A DNA stretch of 63,913 nucleotides, counting the filler, from Basidiobolus ranarum (Eukaryota): NCBI GenBank assembly GCA_040143965.1. It is 3 parts of 3 records of this genome, joined end to end, with 100 filler letters (N's around TTAATTAATTAA, not from the genome) between each part and the next. Parts side by side here need not be neighbours in the genome. Positions count along the whole stretch, not along the records: positions 1 to 21,544 come from JASJQH010000202.1; positions 21,645 to 43,124 come from JASJQH010000203.1; 1 more part is not named here. One strand, written 5' to 3'. A model generated the notes under the pieces. The model made no database searches and was not told where the DNA came from. It saw only the letters and a program-made list of their open reading frames with translations. The position numbers were made by a program, and so were the translations under genes. Below, one piece after another: positions 11,801 to 24,485 of this stretch (its first letter is position 1; every line of letters begins with the position of its first letter).

Positions 11801-13845
11801 CTGTTGTTCCGATAAAAGTATTCGTATCTTCGATGTTCACAATGGCAATCTCATCGCGAAACTGTACGGACACTCGGAGCAGGTTACTTCAATCAAGTTT
11901 TCTCAAGATTGTACTTCCTTGATTTCCACAGCGGGTGATGGATGTATCTTTATATGGTCATTAAGCCTGGCTGTAACGAAACAAATGTTGAGAAACCGAA
12001 GGCTCTTATCTCCGTACAGCGACTATTCAACAAATAGAGGAAATGATATGGGGAATACTATGCTTCAGTCTCCCCCAAAGGGACTAGCAAAAGTTAGATC
12101 AATGGATAATATGAACCGAGATCAGGACACCGCAGAAATGAAAGATATGAGCATAATGATAGATCCTCGAAGAGTTGGCACCCTCCCCCGACGCAAAGTG
12201 TCTGAGTATAATGAACACGAGAACGCAAGAATTCATAGTCCTGAGGTGATATTCCTTGAATTTTTTTTGTCACTAATCGATCATTACTAACTCCTTGGTT
12301 ATAGGGTATCTCTAAGCTTAACCACAGTCTGAATTTTCCTGGCATCAATTATACCCTGGATTCGTCTAGTGTTGTATCCTCAAATCCCCCGGACATAGAC
12401 AAATTCCCGTTTTCTAAAGCCATAAAATCTCCATCCCAATCGAGTACGGATGATGAAGAAATAGCTCATGGAGCAACTATGGAATCTTCTGATGACGAAG
12501 GCTGTGATGATATCATATATCTTGAATCTCCAGACGATAAATTACCTGCATCGACTACGATTGAGTTTACCATCGAAGAGAATAAACCAACCGATCCAGA
12601 TCAAAGTTCAGTCGAGGAAGAGATTCCGGAGGAGATCCAAAGTCTGGAAGGAGATGTAAATGAACTGGAGGAAGATGAAGCCTTTGTAGAAAGCTCCGGA
12701 CAGTACCTGGACGAGCTCTTTGATTCGGCACAAGAATCGAATAATTCTAAAAGAGCCAGTCACAGACAGAGTATGAGCGCCAAATTCTTGTCAACTTCAT
12801 CCGTGACAACGTTGAAAAATATTCTTGAAAATATACCGGAACAGGATGCTACAGAAACCAATGTCGTAGAAGCTCACACTAAATTATGTAGTTCTCCGGT
12901 AAAAGTAGATAATATTACATGATTTTAGTAACTGTATTTACCATAATTCTTATTACATTATAGATCGCAGCCTCTCCTACTCCCTCTAGTCAGAAAACAC
13001 CTTATAGACACTGGCGTAAGCGTTCCTGCTCTCTTGATTTTCCAATCGATACTTCAGATACTTTTCAAATAATGACTCCACCACAACGTAACAAGACTGA
13101 TCAAGAGCTCGAGCACCCCAGGAGAGCTTTGCGAAATGCAGGCCTGTTATCAGTTAATACTTCTAAAAAAGACTATTCTCCTAAAAGTCTCTCGCCAATC
13201 CCATCCCCCCGTCTACGACAAATCACTCCAAGAAAAATCTCGACCTCCTCTCACGAATCTGCTCGAACATATAGAGAAACCAAAGACACCGATGATAAAG
13301 TTGATTCAACGACTAGATCTCTTCAGGCATTAAGTAAAATCTTACATCTTCAACGCAGTCTTAGTCAGGCACTAGACGCAAATCGATATTTATTTCAGTC
13401 TCCTCCTCGGAGTAGTACCGAGGATGATTTAACGAAGAAAGTTTGTCGCGGATTAACTAGTTTACGGGGACAAATTGATTCTAACCTAAGAAAACAAGGA
13501 ACTAAATCACCCAAGCCCGCAGCTACCAACAATGCTTTGGGGGTTCTTGTAGAGGATGACAATTCAAGTAATGACACTCGCTACAAAAACATCAAAGCTG
13601 ATGAAGACGAAATTAGCGTAGTAGAATCGGAATCTAATTGGACAGAAAACACCGATCATGAGGATAGTGCTATCTCCACTCCCTCAACACCCATTTACCC
13701 TGGCTTAACCGACGTACTAGAAAAATACTCCGACTTACTATTGAAGATGGTTGAAGAAAAGATGGAACGTATGAAAGGCACTACGCCTGAGGAAGCGCCG
13801 GCACATGTATCTTTTTTAACCGATAATCATCCTAATGACCAATAG
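8809..13845 (+). CDS. WDR62/MAPKBP1-like WD40-repeat protein (many exons)
   Basis: Exons read LKHILGLT, IAYSAGCVVVLY, FSSDGNYLAVGE, GHKFGV, FLYHSNCIWNVE, TCSSDGTIRFW, ATAGRDRLIHVFD..QTLDDHSAAIT, GHSEQVT, followed by a low-complexity C-terminus. Internal junctions are approximate. Confidence 0.85.
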
Positions 13846-14934
13846 ATATCCCCCTGTATTTTAAGGCTCAACAATAACATAATATGTTTCTTTCTGTTCT
13901 TTGATATGTATTAATATAGCAGTTTAATTAAATTATACATACTTTGTTGATGACATGTCTCAATTTGTTAGCTATACTGCTTGTACTTGGATTGCGTACT
14001 TTCTTGCTAGTCACAAAACAATATGCAAGCATAAATTTGTACCGGTGTTTGTGGTAACAACAAGCTCTACTCTAAAAAAAGCCGTTATAGAGGAGCACCT
14101 GTAGGGGGTTAACAATGTTTAAATCTCTATTCTTGAAATAAAATAGATTGATTTATATACAATAGAATAATGGCGGAATAGCTTATTGTCGGAATTATCT
14201 CACAACTGAAGGGGGATAGTTTCAGAAATTGTCTAGGCGTATAAGGAACGGGAAATGATGATTGAGACGTTAGTATTAGCGAGGTGGTATTAGTGCGTTG
14301 GTATTAATGCAATATCTCCGCGTTGTTGATTTGTTTATTGATTTTTGGATGAACTTGGAGCTAGCTGCAATGGCCCAATAGTGCTTGGGATTAAGCGCAA
14401 TGTTGCATATCGTCTAACAACGAATGCCAACGGTCCTAGAAACTCTAAATCTCGATAGTTTTAATTGGCACAAGATTCGTCAAGTGACGATTGTTTTCTC
14501 TTATTCAATCGGAATTTATCTAAGCCAACAGAACGATGCGAGAATTTGTTGATCGCCAAACAAGTTCAGGCCCTAAAGGATTTGGATCCCATTATCAGAG
14601 AGTGAGCAAATAGCGAACCCTAGGTGCTATTATACTTCAATATATCATCTGCCACCCATTTGGAGTCTACTTTGATGATCAACATGTATGTATGCGCGAT
14701 GGAGTTAGCAGATAAAAAGCCCACAGTTCCCTCAATTTTAGCCATTGCAAGATCATCTCACCTTCCTGCTCTAATTTGTGTTCGTTTCGTATAGATTTAG
14801 ATCAACCGGCCGAGTCTGCTGAAAATCGCTCCTTTCCCCTCTTTTACCCATATTCCTTTAGTACATCCTCATTTTTTGGATCAGCAATAACACAATTTTT
14901 TATCCACCAGTTCAATAGTATTCGCTAGGTCAAC

Positions 14935-16395
14935 ATGGCAAACACCGATATATTAGAGCAACTAGAACAACTTAAATACTTCTTGGCCACAGCGCCGGCC
15001 AATTGGAGATCAGAGCAAGCTATAAGGAAATTCATGCTTCCCAATGGCGAATATGTTTCTTGCATCCTCTGGAATAACCTCTTCCATATTACTGGCACTG
15101 ACATTGTGAGATGTCTGGTCTTTCGGTTCCAGGCGTTCGGTAGACCAGTCAAAAATATCAAGAAATTCGAGGAGGGAATTTTTAGTGATCTTCGTAATTT
15201 GAAGCCTGGTATTGATGCTACACTTGAAGAGCCTAGATCGGAATTCCTGGAAATGTTATATAAGAATAATTGCATCCGAACTCAAAAGAAACAAAAGGTC
15301 TTTTACTGGTATTCAGTTCCGCACGATCGTCTTTTCATGGACGCCCTCGAAAGAGACTTGAAGCGAGAGGCCCTAGGTGCTGAACCCACCACTATGCTAC
15401 TGAACTCACACTCACCTAACTCTTATCCATCATCGACATCTCCTCCTTCCACTTTCCACTACCCTGCCATGAATATGGAGTCACGTAACGAGTCAGCGGT
15501 GGATGCTTCAGAGTTGGTCCTGGATTCTCATGGAGCCTTTTCAAATATGAATAGAGAGTTCAGACAGCAAACCAGAGCTGAACAGGATTTGATGCAAGCT
15601 ATTGATCAATCTATGGACAACTGGTTATCCTCTGGTACTTGTTCGGACTCACGGACGCTCTCACTTATTGACCACTTGGATACATCAGGAGATTTGGATT
15701 CCTCAACTAAAAATCAAGTCAACTATCCGGTCAAGCAATACACCCCTGATACACCAAGCTCATTGAGTCAAGGGAGTAATTTCTTTCCTACACCAGAGCC
15801 AGTTTTCTCGAGATACGAAGATGGAAACCGAACTAAGTCGGAATCTGGCCTTGGCTTGGATAGAGAAGAGTTGCTCTTAGGCGCAGCCTTTCCCAATCAC
15901 GAGTTACCATTGAATCATTCAGATTTACAATTCCCAGTTGATATATTCCCATCACTTCCCATAGGGAATTCGATGAATCCTGTCTTCAATATGCTCAATG
16001 GGCTGGAGGGATCACCTAGTTACAAGCAGCGTAGAAAAAACCTAATTCTTAACCAAGGGGTTTGGGGAAATCCATATCCTAGTCCTTACATGAATCTGAC
16101 CCACCATTCTGCTGACTTGACCAAGGAGGCGCGCTCCCCTCATGCCAAACCAGCACCTTACTCGAGAAAAGTCAAAGGTTATGATCATCTACAAAGGTAT
16201 GGTAATGCTTTTACTGATGCCAAACCGTTTGCGTGTCCGATGGAGAACTGTAATCAAGGGTTCTCTCAACTAGATAACTTCCATCAGCATCTACGAGTAC
16301 ACGCCGACAACACATTCCCTGTGTCCTCTCCGGCTCCCAACACCAACTTGAATGAGCTGGACTTTGATGACTCTAATTCACCTTTGTTACTGTAA
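14935..16395 (+). CDS. STE12: Ste12-like transcription factor (STE domain plus C2H2 finger)
   Basis: LKYFLATAPANW...KKFEEGIFSDLRNLKPG...CIRTQKKQKVFYWYSVPHDRLFMDALERDLKRE, LEGSPSYKQRR, and one C2H2 finger. Intronless. Confidence 0.95.
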   Translation: MANTDILEQLEQLKYFLATAPANWRSEQAIRKFMLPNGEYVSCILWNNLFHITGTDIVRCLVFRFQAFGRPVKNIKKFEEGIFSDLRNLKPGIDATLEEPRSEFLEMLYKNNCIRTQKKQKVFYWYSVPHDRLFMDALERDLKREALGAEPTTMLLNSHSPNSYPSSTSPPSTFHYPAMNMESRNESAVDASELVLDSHGAFSNMNREFRQQTRAEQDLMQAIDQSMDNWLSSGTCSDSRTLSLIDHLDTSGDLDSSTKNQVNYPVKQYTPDTPSSLSQGSNFFPTPEPVFSRYEDGNRTKSESGLGLDREELLLGAAFPNHELPLNHSDLQFPVDIFPSLPIGNSMNPVFNMLNGLEGSPSYKQRRKNLILNQGVWGNPYPSPYMNLTHHSADLTKEARSPHAKPAPYSRKVKGYDHLQRYGNAFTDAKPFACPMENCNQGFSQLDNFHQHLRVHADNTFPVSSPAPNTNLNELDFDDSNSPLLL

Positions 16396-16715
16396 TAATC
16401 TATTTTCACTCTTCTCCTCTCCACCCCACCTCGCTTCCTTCTCTGTTGATTAAGTTTTGTTTGATTACCCCGACATTTTGAGTACCTAGAACTATTATTT
16501 CCTAGAGCGTGGTGAACAAATGTGTATATACCGTTTAGATAATCTAGGTTTGATTGAATCATTAATGTTAGTTCCATTCAATCTGTAGCTAATCAGTTTC
16601 CTTGCCTTCTTTTGCGTTTTAATGATAGATCTGATTATAGACTGACCCAGGAATTTTGTAGAATTCTCGAATAAATAGATTAAGTGATTTGTTGAATTCC
16701 TCATTTCTCCTAACA

Positions 16716-17868
16716 ATGTCATTGAATACGTTAAGAATAGTACCAGAAACAAATAATCAAGACTCCATTAATAGTGAGTTTGCCGGGGAAGAATATGAAA
16801 AAATCCTTTCTGAGCTTGAACAACGTCTTGAACCAAAACCTATAGAGACTTTATTACCTGAAAAATCATATAAAGATTTCACCGTACCCTTACGTATTGA
16901 ACCACTTCCAGGTTTTATCCTAAGCACTGTGACAGCTTCTAAAAGTGAAAAATATCCTTCGAATTATCCTATCTTTGTGAACATTTGTCATTCACCGGAC
17001 TTTCCTAAACCTCCTAAAGTAACTGAACAAGAGATTCAAAAAGCACTCAATGCAGATCCTACTTCGAACTATCAGATACCTCTTAGTCTTACCGAACCAA
17101 GAACCGACACTAATGGTGACTACTTCACTATGATTAAGAAGGGAAATATTGGTTTCTTATTAAGTTTATATTAACGTTGTGATAGATGGAAAAGCTTGTT
17201 TAGTATTCGATGCCTGTATTCATAGTGAACCCTTTCAAAGATCTTGTCAAGACTTTGATTTTCGACTATATATTATCGAGTTGGCCATTGAGTGGGTTGA
17301 AGAGAAAAACAAACTTGAACTGAGAAGAGGTGCATTTTGAATAGATCATTTATTCACTCCATTGTTTTCTCACTTGACTTGTTTCTTTTAGAGTTTACTC
17401 TTCCAGCTGGATCTTCTAAAGGTCCTCTAGCTCCTCATACTATTCCAGTGACAAAATCAGCACCAGTTACGGAGATAACCTCTATCCCTCCAAAGAAGGA
17501 CACTCCCACTACTCTTTCTCCAAAAACCAACACCCCTAGAGTACCGGAATATCGTATTCAAGAGATTCCTGGCTTAACTGGACCTTCAAATCAACTCCAT
17601 ATCTCTATAATGTTACCAGAACTGGTAAGTTGTCGTTAAAATCCAGTCACAAGTGAATTTTAACTTAGCAACATCTCTTTAGGCTAGTACAAAAACCACG
17701 ACACTGGATATAGAACCCGATCAAATAATTTTGGATACACCTAATATATATCATTTAGAAGTCCCTCTACCATATAAAATAGATCACACTCAAGGTAGAG
17801 CATTGTTTAGTAGAAAAAGTAAACAATTGAAAGTAATGTTGTTTAGATTGCAAGAACCATCTACTTAA
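16716..17868 (+). CDS. PIH1-domain protein (R2TP/PIH1 family) with C-terminal CS-like domain
   Basis: IEPLPGFILST, IFVNICHSPDFPKP, IPLSLTEPR, KACLVFDACIH, YIIELAIEWVEEK. Four exons. Confidence 0.85.
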
Positions 17869-18058
17869 AATTCCTTCAAGTTTGAGTTGAAAAGAGTGAT
17901 TAAATTAAGTCATTTCATAAAATTAAGGTTCATTTTTTTCGAGATTTTTTTTTTTTAATAAATTTTTTCTACGCATCTCCCTTGACCTGAGGTGGATATT
18001 AGGCTACCATATACGTTAACCTGTATTCTACTTTTCTTAAGTTGTCAATTTACTCATA

Positions 18059-19636
18059 ATGTCAAAGAGAGAAGCACCCGATTTTGAAGAACCGGAAAAC
18101 AAGACCGCTATCTTGGGAAACGGTCAAGCCTCCATCAAAGGTGATCAGGGCGATGTTGATATGGGAGAGTTCGAGGATAACTGGGAAGATGAGATAGAAT
18201 CAGAGGAAGATGTCATCGATGGTGAAGAACAAGAAGGTACATAATTTTTTTACCAAAATAGTTATAATATACAGTATACTTATTATGCTTTCTGGGAATA
18301 GGTATGGAAGTTGACGACGAAGAAGAGGAGGAAAAAGAACCTGAAGTTCAAGTTTACTTACCTGGTCAAACCATGGAAAAGGACGAGGTCCTTGAGGTAG
18401 ATAATTCTGCTTATCATATGCTTCATACTATGACCGTCAAATGGCCTTGTTTGAGTTTCGATATTTTGAACGATAATCTCGGAGAAAATCGTAACACTGT
18501 AAGTTTTTGGATTTTTTACTTTTGGCAAGTAGAAGGATGATCACTTATATTATTACTTGTTTACACAGTATCCTGCTACCTCCTATATGGTTGCTGGTAC
18601 TCAAGCTGATCGTCCCAAGAATAATGAATTGATGATCATGAAGATGTCACAGCTTTGCAAAACCATTCACGATAATGCTGACTCCGATGCTGAAGAATCG
18701 GATGATGAAGTTGACGATGATCCTATTTTGGAAACCAAGAGTCTTAAGCACGTAGGTGGTGTGAACCGTGTCAGAGCTATGCCTCAAGCTGGAAACCATA
18801 TTGTTGCCTCATGGGCCGAGACTGGTAAGGTTCATATCTGGGATGTTGCACCATTGGTCAATGCCCTCGATACACCAGGAACCACTATCCCTCAACAAGC
18901 TATGCAGCCTATCTATACTGTTGGCAGTCATTCCATCGAAGGATTCGCTATGGATTGGTCAGACACCGTTACCGGAAGACTCCTTACTGGTGATTTCAAC
19001 AACAGTATCTACCTCACCAACCCTGCCGAAAGTACTTTCATTCCTGATATGATTCCTTTCCACGGACACACCTCCTCAATTGAAGATCTCCAATGGTCAC
19101 CTAACCAAAAGAGTGTCTTTGCCAGTTGCTCTGCTGATCAAACTGTACGTATCTGGGATGTCAAGAACAAGAAGAAGGATGTCTTCTCCATCAAGGCTCA
19201 TGAGGCCGACGTCAACGTTATTTCTTGGAACAAGAAGGTCAACTATCTCTTGGCATCTGGATCAGATGACGGTATCTTCAGTATCTGGGATATGCGTACT
19301 TTCTCTAACCAGTCTGCCGTCACTCCTGTGGCTACTTTCAAGTGGCATTCTGGACCCATCACATCCATTGAATGGCATCCTCATGAAGAGTCCGTCCTCG
19401 GAGTCGCCGGTGCCGATGACCAGGTTACCATCTGGGATCTGTCAGTCGAACAGGATGCTGAAGAAGAAGGTGGAGTTATTATGCAAGAGAATGGTATGCA
19501 GGTTCCACCTCAATTGCTCTTCATCCATCAAGGACAAAAGGACATCAAGGAGATTCATTGGCACAAGCAGATCCCTGGTTGTATGACCACCACAGCCGGG
19601 TCCGGATTCAATATCTTCAAGACGATTTCAGTGTAA
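18059..19636 (+). CDS. RRB1: Ribosome assembly protein Rrb1/GRWD1
   Basis: Acidic N-terminus, WPCLSFD, H.GGVNRVR, EGFAMDWS, GHTSSIEDLQWSP, PPQLLFIHQGQKDIKEIHWH, GFNIFKTISV. Three exons. Confidence 0.96.
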
Positions 19637-20128
19637 AGCAGATACTTTGGTTCATCTACATTAGAGTAAACAGATATCATCATCGATCACCCATTAAACC
19701 CTTTAATTTGATAGCTGAGTTTTGTTTCATCGAATATTGAACATTGACCTGTGTGCCCTCTTCCTTCCCTATTATAAGAATAATCTTGAGTGAATGTTTA
19801 CACCAATCATGCGGCTAATCATCTAACTCTTTACTATAAATAAATCCTCCAATATACATAACTTACCCCATATGTCGATGTTGTTAAAATATCATCTGGA
19901 GTATGCTATATATATGTACCAAGCTATATTTATTCTTTACCTTGCACACACACACACACTGACGACCTAAAGGAAAAATCACAACCCATTTGTACATTGA
20001 AATTTCATTAAATTCCAGTGAAACGAATGGGATATATTTAGTCACTTTAACTTCTATAAAATCTCCACTAATTACTACATTTCGATACATTTCAAAATAT
20101 ACTTGGTGATTGTTGAATCCCTTTACTG

Positions 20129-21046
20129 ATGAGTTCTATTCGTCTCTTTTATCTATACACCACTTTGTTGGCTTTAACTTTCTCTCTTCCTGACCCGGTA
20201 CTAGGTCAGTCCGTGTCGAGTGATATTGTTCCACCTCAAACGATTGTGGATGTTATCAGTGGATCCACTATATCTCTAATCCTCCCAGGAGAGACTATTC
20301 TCTCAACATTGAGTGGAAGTGGAGGAGTACCAAGTAGCTCCAGTGCACCTCCGACTAGTTCTACCCCGGTTGTGGTCAGTAGTCCAACTACAGCACCATC
20401 ATCAAGTACTATGAGTAGTGCAAGCTCATCCGTGATAGAGTCTTCTTCTACCTCCACTTCTGCCTCTGCTACAGTCACCCAATCTATAGTAACCCCAACA
20501 GCAGCACCATCTAGTATTCCAGAAACGAGTGCCTCCGTAACGAAATGTCCTCCTCCCTCTTCAACTACTGATAAATGTATACCCCCTACTCCAACAAGTG
20601 ATAAATGTGTCCCAGATGATAGTCATGATGATGACTGCGATGATGGCGGAGATGAGGATGAAGATGACTGTGATGATGGAGGGGATAAGGATAACGGTGA
20701 GGACGATTGTGACGGTGGAAGTAATGAAGACCATGGTGAGGACGATTGTGACGATGGAAGTAATGAAGACCATGGTGAAGATGATTGTGATGATGGAGAC
20801 GATAAAGATGATGGTAAAGATGATGACTGCGATGATGGAAACGATGAAGACCATGGTGAAGATGACTGTGACGACGATGAGGATGGTGGTGATGATGGAG
20901 ACAAGGGGAAAGAATGTACTCACGGTTCTTATGTTTGTGATGGAGATGACTTCCGTCAATGTATCAATGGCTATTGGAAATATAAGAAGTGTAGTGAAGG
21001 AACATGTTGCCAAAGTGTAAGCAATCATCGAGTGATTTGTGTTTAA
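20129..21046 (+). CDS. Secreted Ser/Thr-rich protein with Asp-rich DDCDDG repeats and C-terminal CBM19-like domain
   Basis: Signal peptide, S/T/P-rich stalk, eight DDCD(D/G)-type units, C-terminal CTHGSYVC..FRQCINGYW...CSEGTCC. Confidence 0.75.
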   Translation: MSSIRLFYLYTTLLALTFSLPDPVLGQSVSSDIVPPQTIVDVISGSTISLILPGETILSTLSGSGGVPSSSSAPPTSSTPVVVSSPTTAPSSSTMSSASSSVIESSSTSTSASATVTQSIVTPTAAPSSIPETSASVTKCPPPSSTTDKCIPPTPTSDKCVPDDSHDDDCDDGGDEDEDDCDDGGDKDNGEDDCDGGSNEDHGEDDCDDGSNEDHGEDDCDDGDDKDDGKDDDCDDGNDEDHGEDDCDDDEDGGDDGDKGKECTHGSYVCDGDDFRQCINGYWKYKKCSEGTCCQSVSNHRVICV

Positions 21047-21544
21047 AATTAACTGCTATTATCAATTATCGAAATAAAAATCAGTTTACTAAATTACATC
21101 GAGTAGTGTTATCCATCTAATCTAAATATAGCATCTAAACAAGAAGATATATAAAATCAATGCTAACATAGGTCAAGCAAAATCATAGTCATCATGGTGG
21201 CTATTATCAGATGACGTCGATTAAGATATTTTTAACCAACTCTAAATCATTTTTTTCTTCCATCATTTTGGCTATTTTAGTATACAGTCTTGAAGAAGTT
21301 TCAGTAACGACAATTCCAAGATAATGAATGCTCTAAAGATTACCACTTTCCTTAGAAATATCTCTACACGTGTATGTGAATATTCCATAAGCACTATCGG
21401 TTTCCGTTGAACTTCGAATTAACTTTATTTTTTATAGGGTTCCATCCACACGAGTGTTAGAAATTATGGTATCCTTGACATCAGCAACCATTGTTTATCT
21501 AAACATGTTGGACTGAAAATTTCTTCCCCTTAGGTCAAAACCCT

Positions 21545-21644
21545 NNNNNNNNNNNNNNNNNNNNNNNNNNNNNNNNNNNNNNNNNNNNTTAATTAATTAA
21601 NNNNNNNNNNNNNNNNNNNNNNNNNNNNNNNNNNNNNNNNNNNN
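21545..21644. other. Assembly gap with TTAATTAATTAA filler
   Basis: N run with an embedded six-frame-stop linker at 21589-21600. Confidence 0.95.
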
Positions 21645-22246
21645 AGGATAAGAATAAGGTGCAGCTTTGGATTGTGCTAAGGCTCAAAGCTTTTTCAATA
21701 GAGGGAAGGGTTGCTTATATAAAGAAACAGCTTAGAATAAATGCTATGAATTGGTGGCTGAGAATAAATGCTATGAGTGGGTGGCTTAGCATCAAAGTGC
21801 CAATAAGATCACTAATATAGAAGCTGCAGCTTTGAAACTTTGAACATATTAGCATCAAGTACTGTTGCAGCTCTGTGCAAAATTTGAAGTGAATCATTGG
21901 CTAGTTCAAAAGTTAGCACTAATTTTGTGAGCATCTTGAGGTCCTGAATTCCTGTGTTCTGAATATATGCTAGTGTTGATTTTTGTGTTGGCAAATTTGA
22001 AATGATTGTAGCTCCACCAGGAATTGATCAAATCTTATGATTCTTGCATGGTTGCAAAGCTCTAATTCTGGAGTTTATTATTGCAGCTTGAACTACTGTA
22101 ATAAATTAAGTATTGATGTAACTATGGGCAATCAAATATACTTGTTCTTTTTCTTGATCTGTAAAATATTATAAGATAGCAATAGATAATTTTCTTTCTA
22201 CTTATAACATGCAATATACAATTGGAATATTTCCAACACTACAACA

Positions 22247-23132
22247 TACTATCTTGGAATCCAAATTAAGGTAGATAGAACTACCAAAACAATAACTTTA
22301 AACCAGTCTAAGTAGATCCTAGATATACTAAAGAAGTTTAAAATGGAAGAAAATAATCCAGTATCTACCCCAATAGAGACAAATCTTAACTTGGCCAAAA
22401 ATGGCTCAAACCAGATGTTTTTGGATTCAAATAAAAGCCAGATATTTCCTTATTAATCCATGTTTGGTAGTTTGATGTATAGCATGGTTGGAACACAGCC
22501 AGATATTGCATATTCAGTGGGAGTTATGTGCAATATCTTCAAATTCATGGATCTGTTCAAATCATAGCAGTTAAGTGGACTTTCAGATATTTGAAAGGTC
22601 CTGTGGATCTGTGATTAAAATACACATATCCTGGATCAAATTTTGATCTGACGGCATATTCAGATGCAAGTTGGGGAAGAGATATTGAAGACAGGAGACG
22701 TACAACAGGATACTTATTTCTTTGCTATAATGGAGCTATATCTTGGAATTCAAAGAAACAACCTACCATAACACTTTCAACAACAGAAGCTGAATACATG
22801 ACTGCCTGAAAAGCAACAATAGAAGCAATATGGTTATGAAAACTCTTAACAGATTTAGGTTATTCTCAAAAGTCACTAACTACAATATTTCAAGATAATC
22901 AAAGTTGCATCAAATTAGCTAAAGATCCCATGTTTCACAATAGAAGTAGAAGTATAGATAGTAAGCATCACTTCATTAGAGAGACAATAGAGAATAAGTT
23001 TACTGACTTAACTTATTGCTCTACAGAAGATATGGCTGCTGATATATTAACCAAACCATTAGCTAGACAGAAATTTGAGAAATTTAGACCTTTATGAGGA
23101 TTAGTTTATATGACTATTTAGTTGAGGGAGAG
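22247..23132 (+). mobile_element. Decayed Ty1/copia pol (RT C-terminus plus RNase H) and PPT
   Basis: YLGIQI..ITLNQSK*ILDILKKFKME, GSLMY..GTQPDIAYSVG, YSDASW, ISWNSKKQ..LSTTEAEY, DNQSCI, ADILTKPL. Several in-frame stops. PPT GAGGGAGAG at 23124-23132. Confidence 0.95.
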
Positions 23133-23480
23133 TGTTGAGATTAGCATTGCCTAAACACCTATATAGTCATATATAACTTAGTACTTAGTTATCTTATATT
23201 ACATTTAGATATTATCGGTTATTCTCAATTGGAGCTTACTTAGAATATCTTTACCAACTCAGAAGTTTGCAGATATGTAGATTCTTCAAACTTGTGCTAG
23301 AAGCCCCAAACTTTCCACACATGTTCCTGGGACCTTCCCTGACATATTGTACATGTTAGTTTGCTTACATCTTGACAAAACTATATATGTCAACTTTCTA
23401 CTCAATAAATCAATAGGTGAAAACCGCTAATTCCTCAAATTCTCCAAACCACTTCCAACAGGCTTCCAAATACTTTAACA
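23133..23480 (+). mobile_element. 3' LTR of the copia element (348 bp)
   Basis: TGTT...AACA termini, directly after the PPT, contains AATAAA, same length as the copy at 54162-54509. Confidence 0.92.
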
Positions 23481-23718
23481 TTTACTTGGAATATTTTTAC
23501 CAACTTATAAGTTCTCAGATATATAGATTTTTCAAACTTGTGCTAGAAGCCCCAAACTTTGCACACATGTTCCTGGGACCTTCCTTAACACATTCTGCAT
23601 GTTAGTGTGCTTACATCTCAACAAAACAATAAATGTCAACTGAATACTCAATAGGTGAAAGCCACTAACTTCTGTAATTCTCTAAACCACTTCCAACAGG
23701 CTCCCAAATACTTTAACA
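23481..23718 (+). mobile_element. 5'-truncated LTR copy abutting the previous LTR
   Basis: Matches the LTR from about position 103 to the terminal TACTTTAACA. Confidence 0.88.
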
Positions 23719-23872
23719 CTGGCTTGATCAATATCAATCACAATTACTTTAATATATCCAGCCAAGGTCTAATAAATCCTGGCACAATGGAACAAGTCCT
23801 GTATATTTGTCCTTTCACCAGTTCCTCTAAGCATGGCTTTAACTTTAGAGGAACTATATGCTATCAGTTTAT

Positions 23873-24202
23873 TGTTAAAGCATTTTGAGAGCCTGTTGGA
23901 AGTGGTTTGGAGAAATAAAGAAATTGGTGGTTTGCACTTATTGATTTATCAAGTTGAAAGTTGGCAGTTATAGTTGTGTCAAGATGTAAACAAACTAACA
24001 TGCGGAATGTGTTAAGAAAGGTCTCACAAATATATGTGTAAAGTTTGAGGCTTTGAGCACAAGTTATCAAAATCTTTTTATCTTTAAACTTGTTAGTAAA
24101 TTCCTCTTGAGAATAATGGGTGAAATCTTACTCCAATATAGGATAACTAAATACTAAGCTATTTATGACTATATTGGTGTTTAAGTAATGCTAATTTCAA
24201 TA
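23873..24202 (-). mobile_element. Solo LTR of the same family, inverted
   Basis: Reverse complement matches the LTR end to end. Flanks TTTAT/TCTAT may be a decayed 5-bp TSD. Confidence 0.88.
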
Positions 24203-24485
24203 TCTATTGCTTACATCAGAACAAAATCAGAATTAGATATTAAGTAGGAGATTGCTCAACTCCTAACAGCTTCTTTCTTTAAGTCTGTTATTGTACCAAA
24301 CGAAGATTACACTACCATGGTGCATGTTCATTCTCCTACAATTTACTAATGAATGGACTCTTATTTAATCATTGATATTTTATACATTCCAGCATCAAGT
24401 ATATTCCTATTGAATCACTTGTATTGAACATGTTTAGAATAATAAGCCATCATATGCAACTGTGTTGCCGTTAAGTAGCCTAGTG

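Noticed and set aside
20561-21028. Alternate-frame and antisense ORFs rich in Met, Ile or Ser
   Set aside because: These are by-products of the GAT/GAC-rich repeat in the real + strand gene.
21589-21600. TTAATTAATTAA palindrome inside N runs (also 43169-43180)
   Set aside because: The same six-frame-stop filler appears in both 100-bp gaps, so it is an assembly artefact.
23417-24070. Short ORFs within LTRs (also 1193-1375)
   Set aside because: Chance ORFs in non-coding LTR sequence, not conserved between copies.
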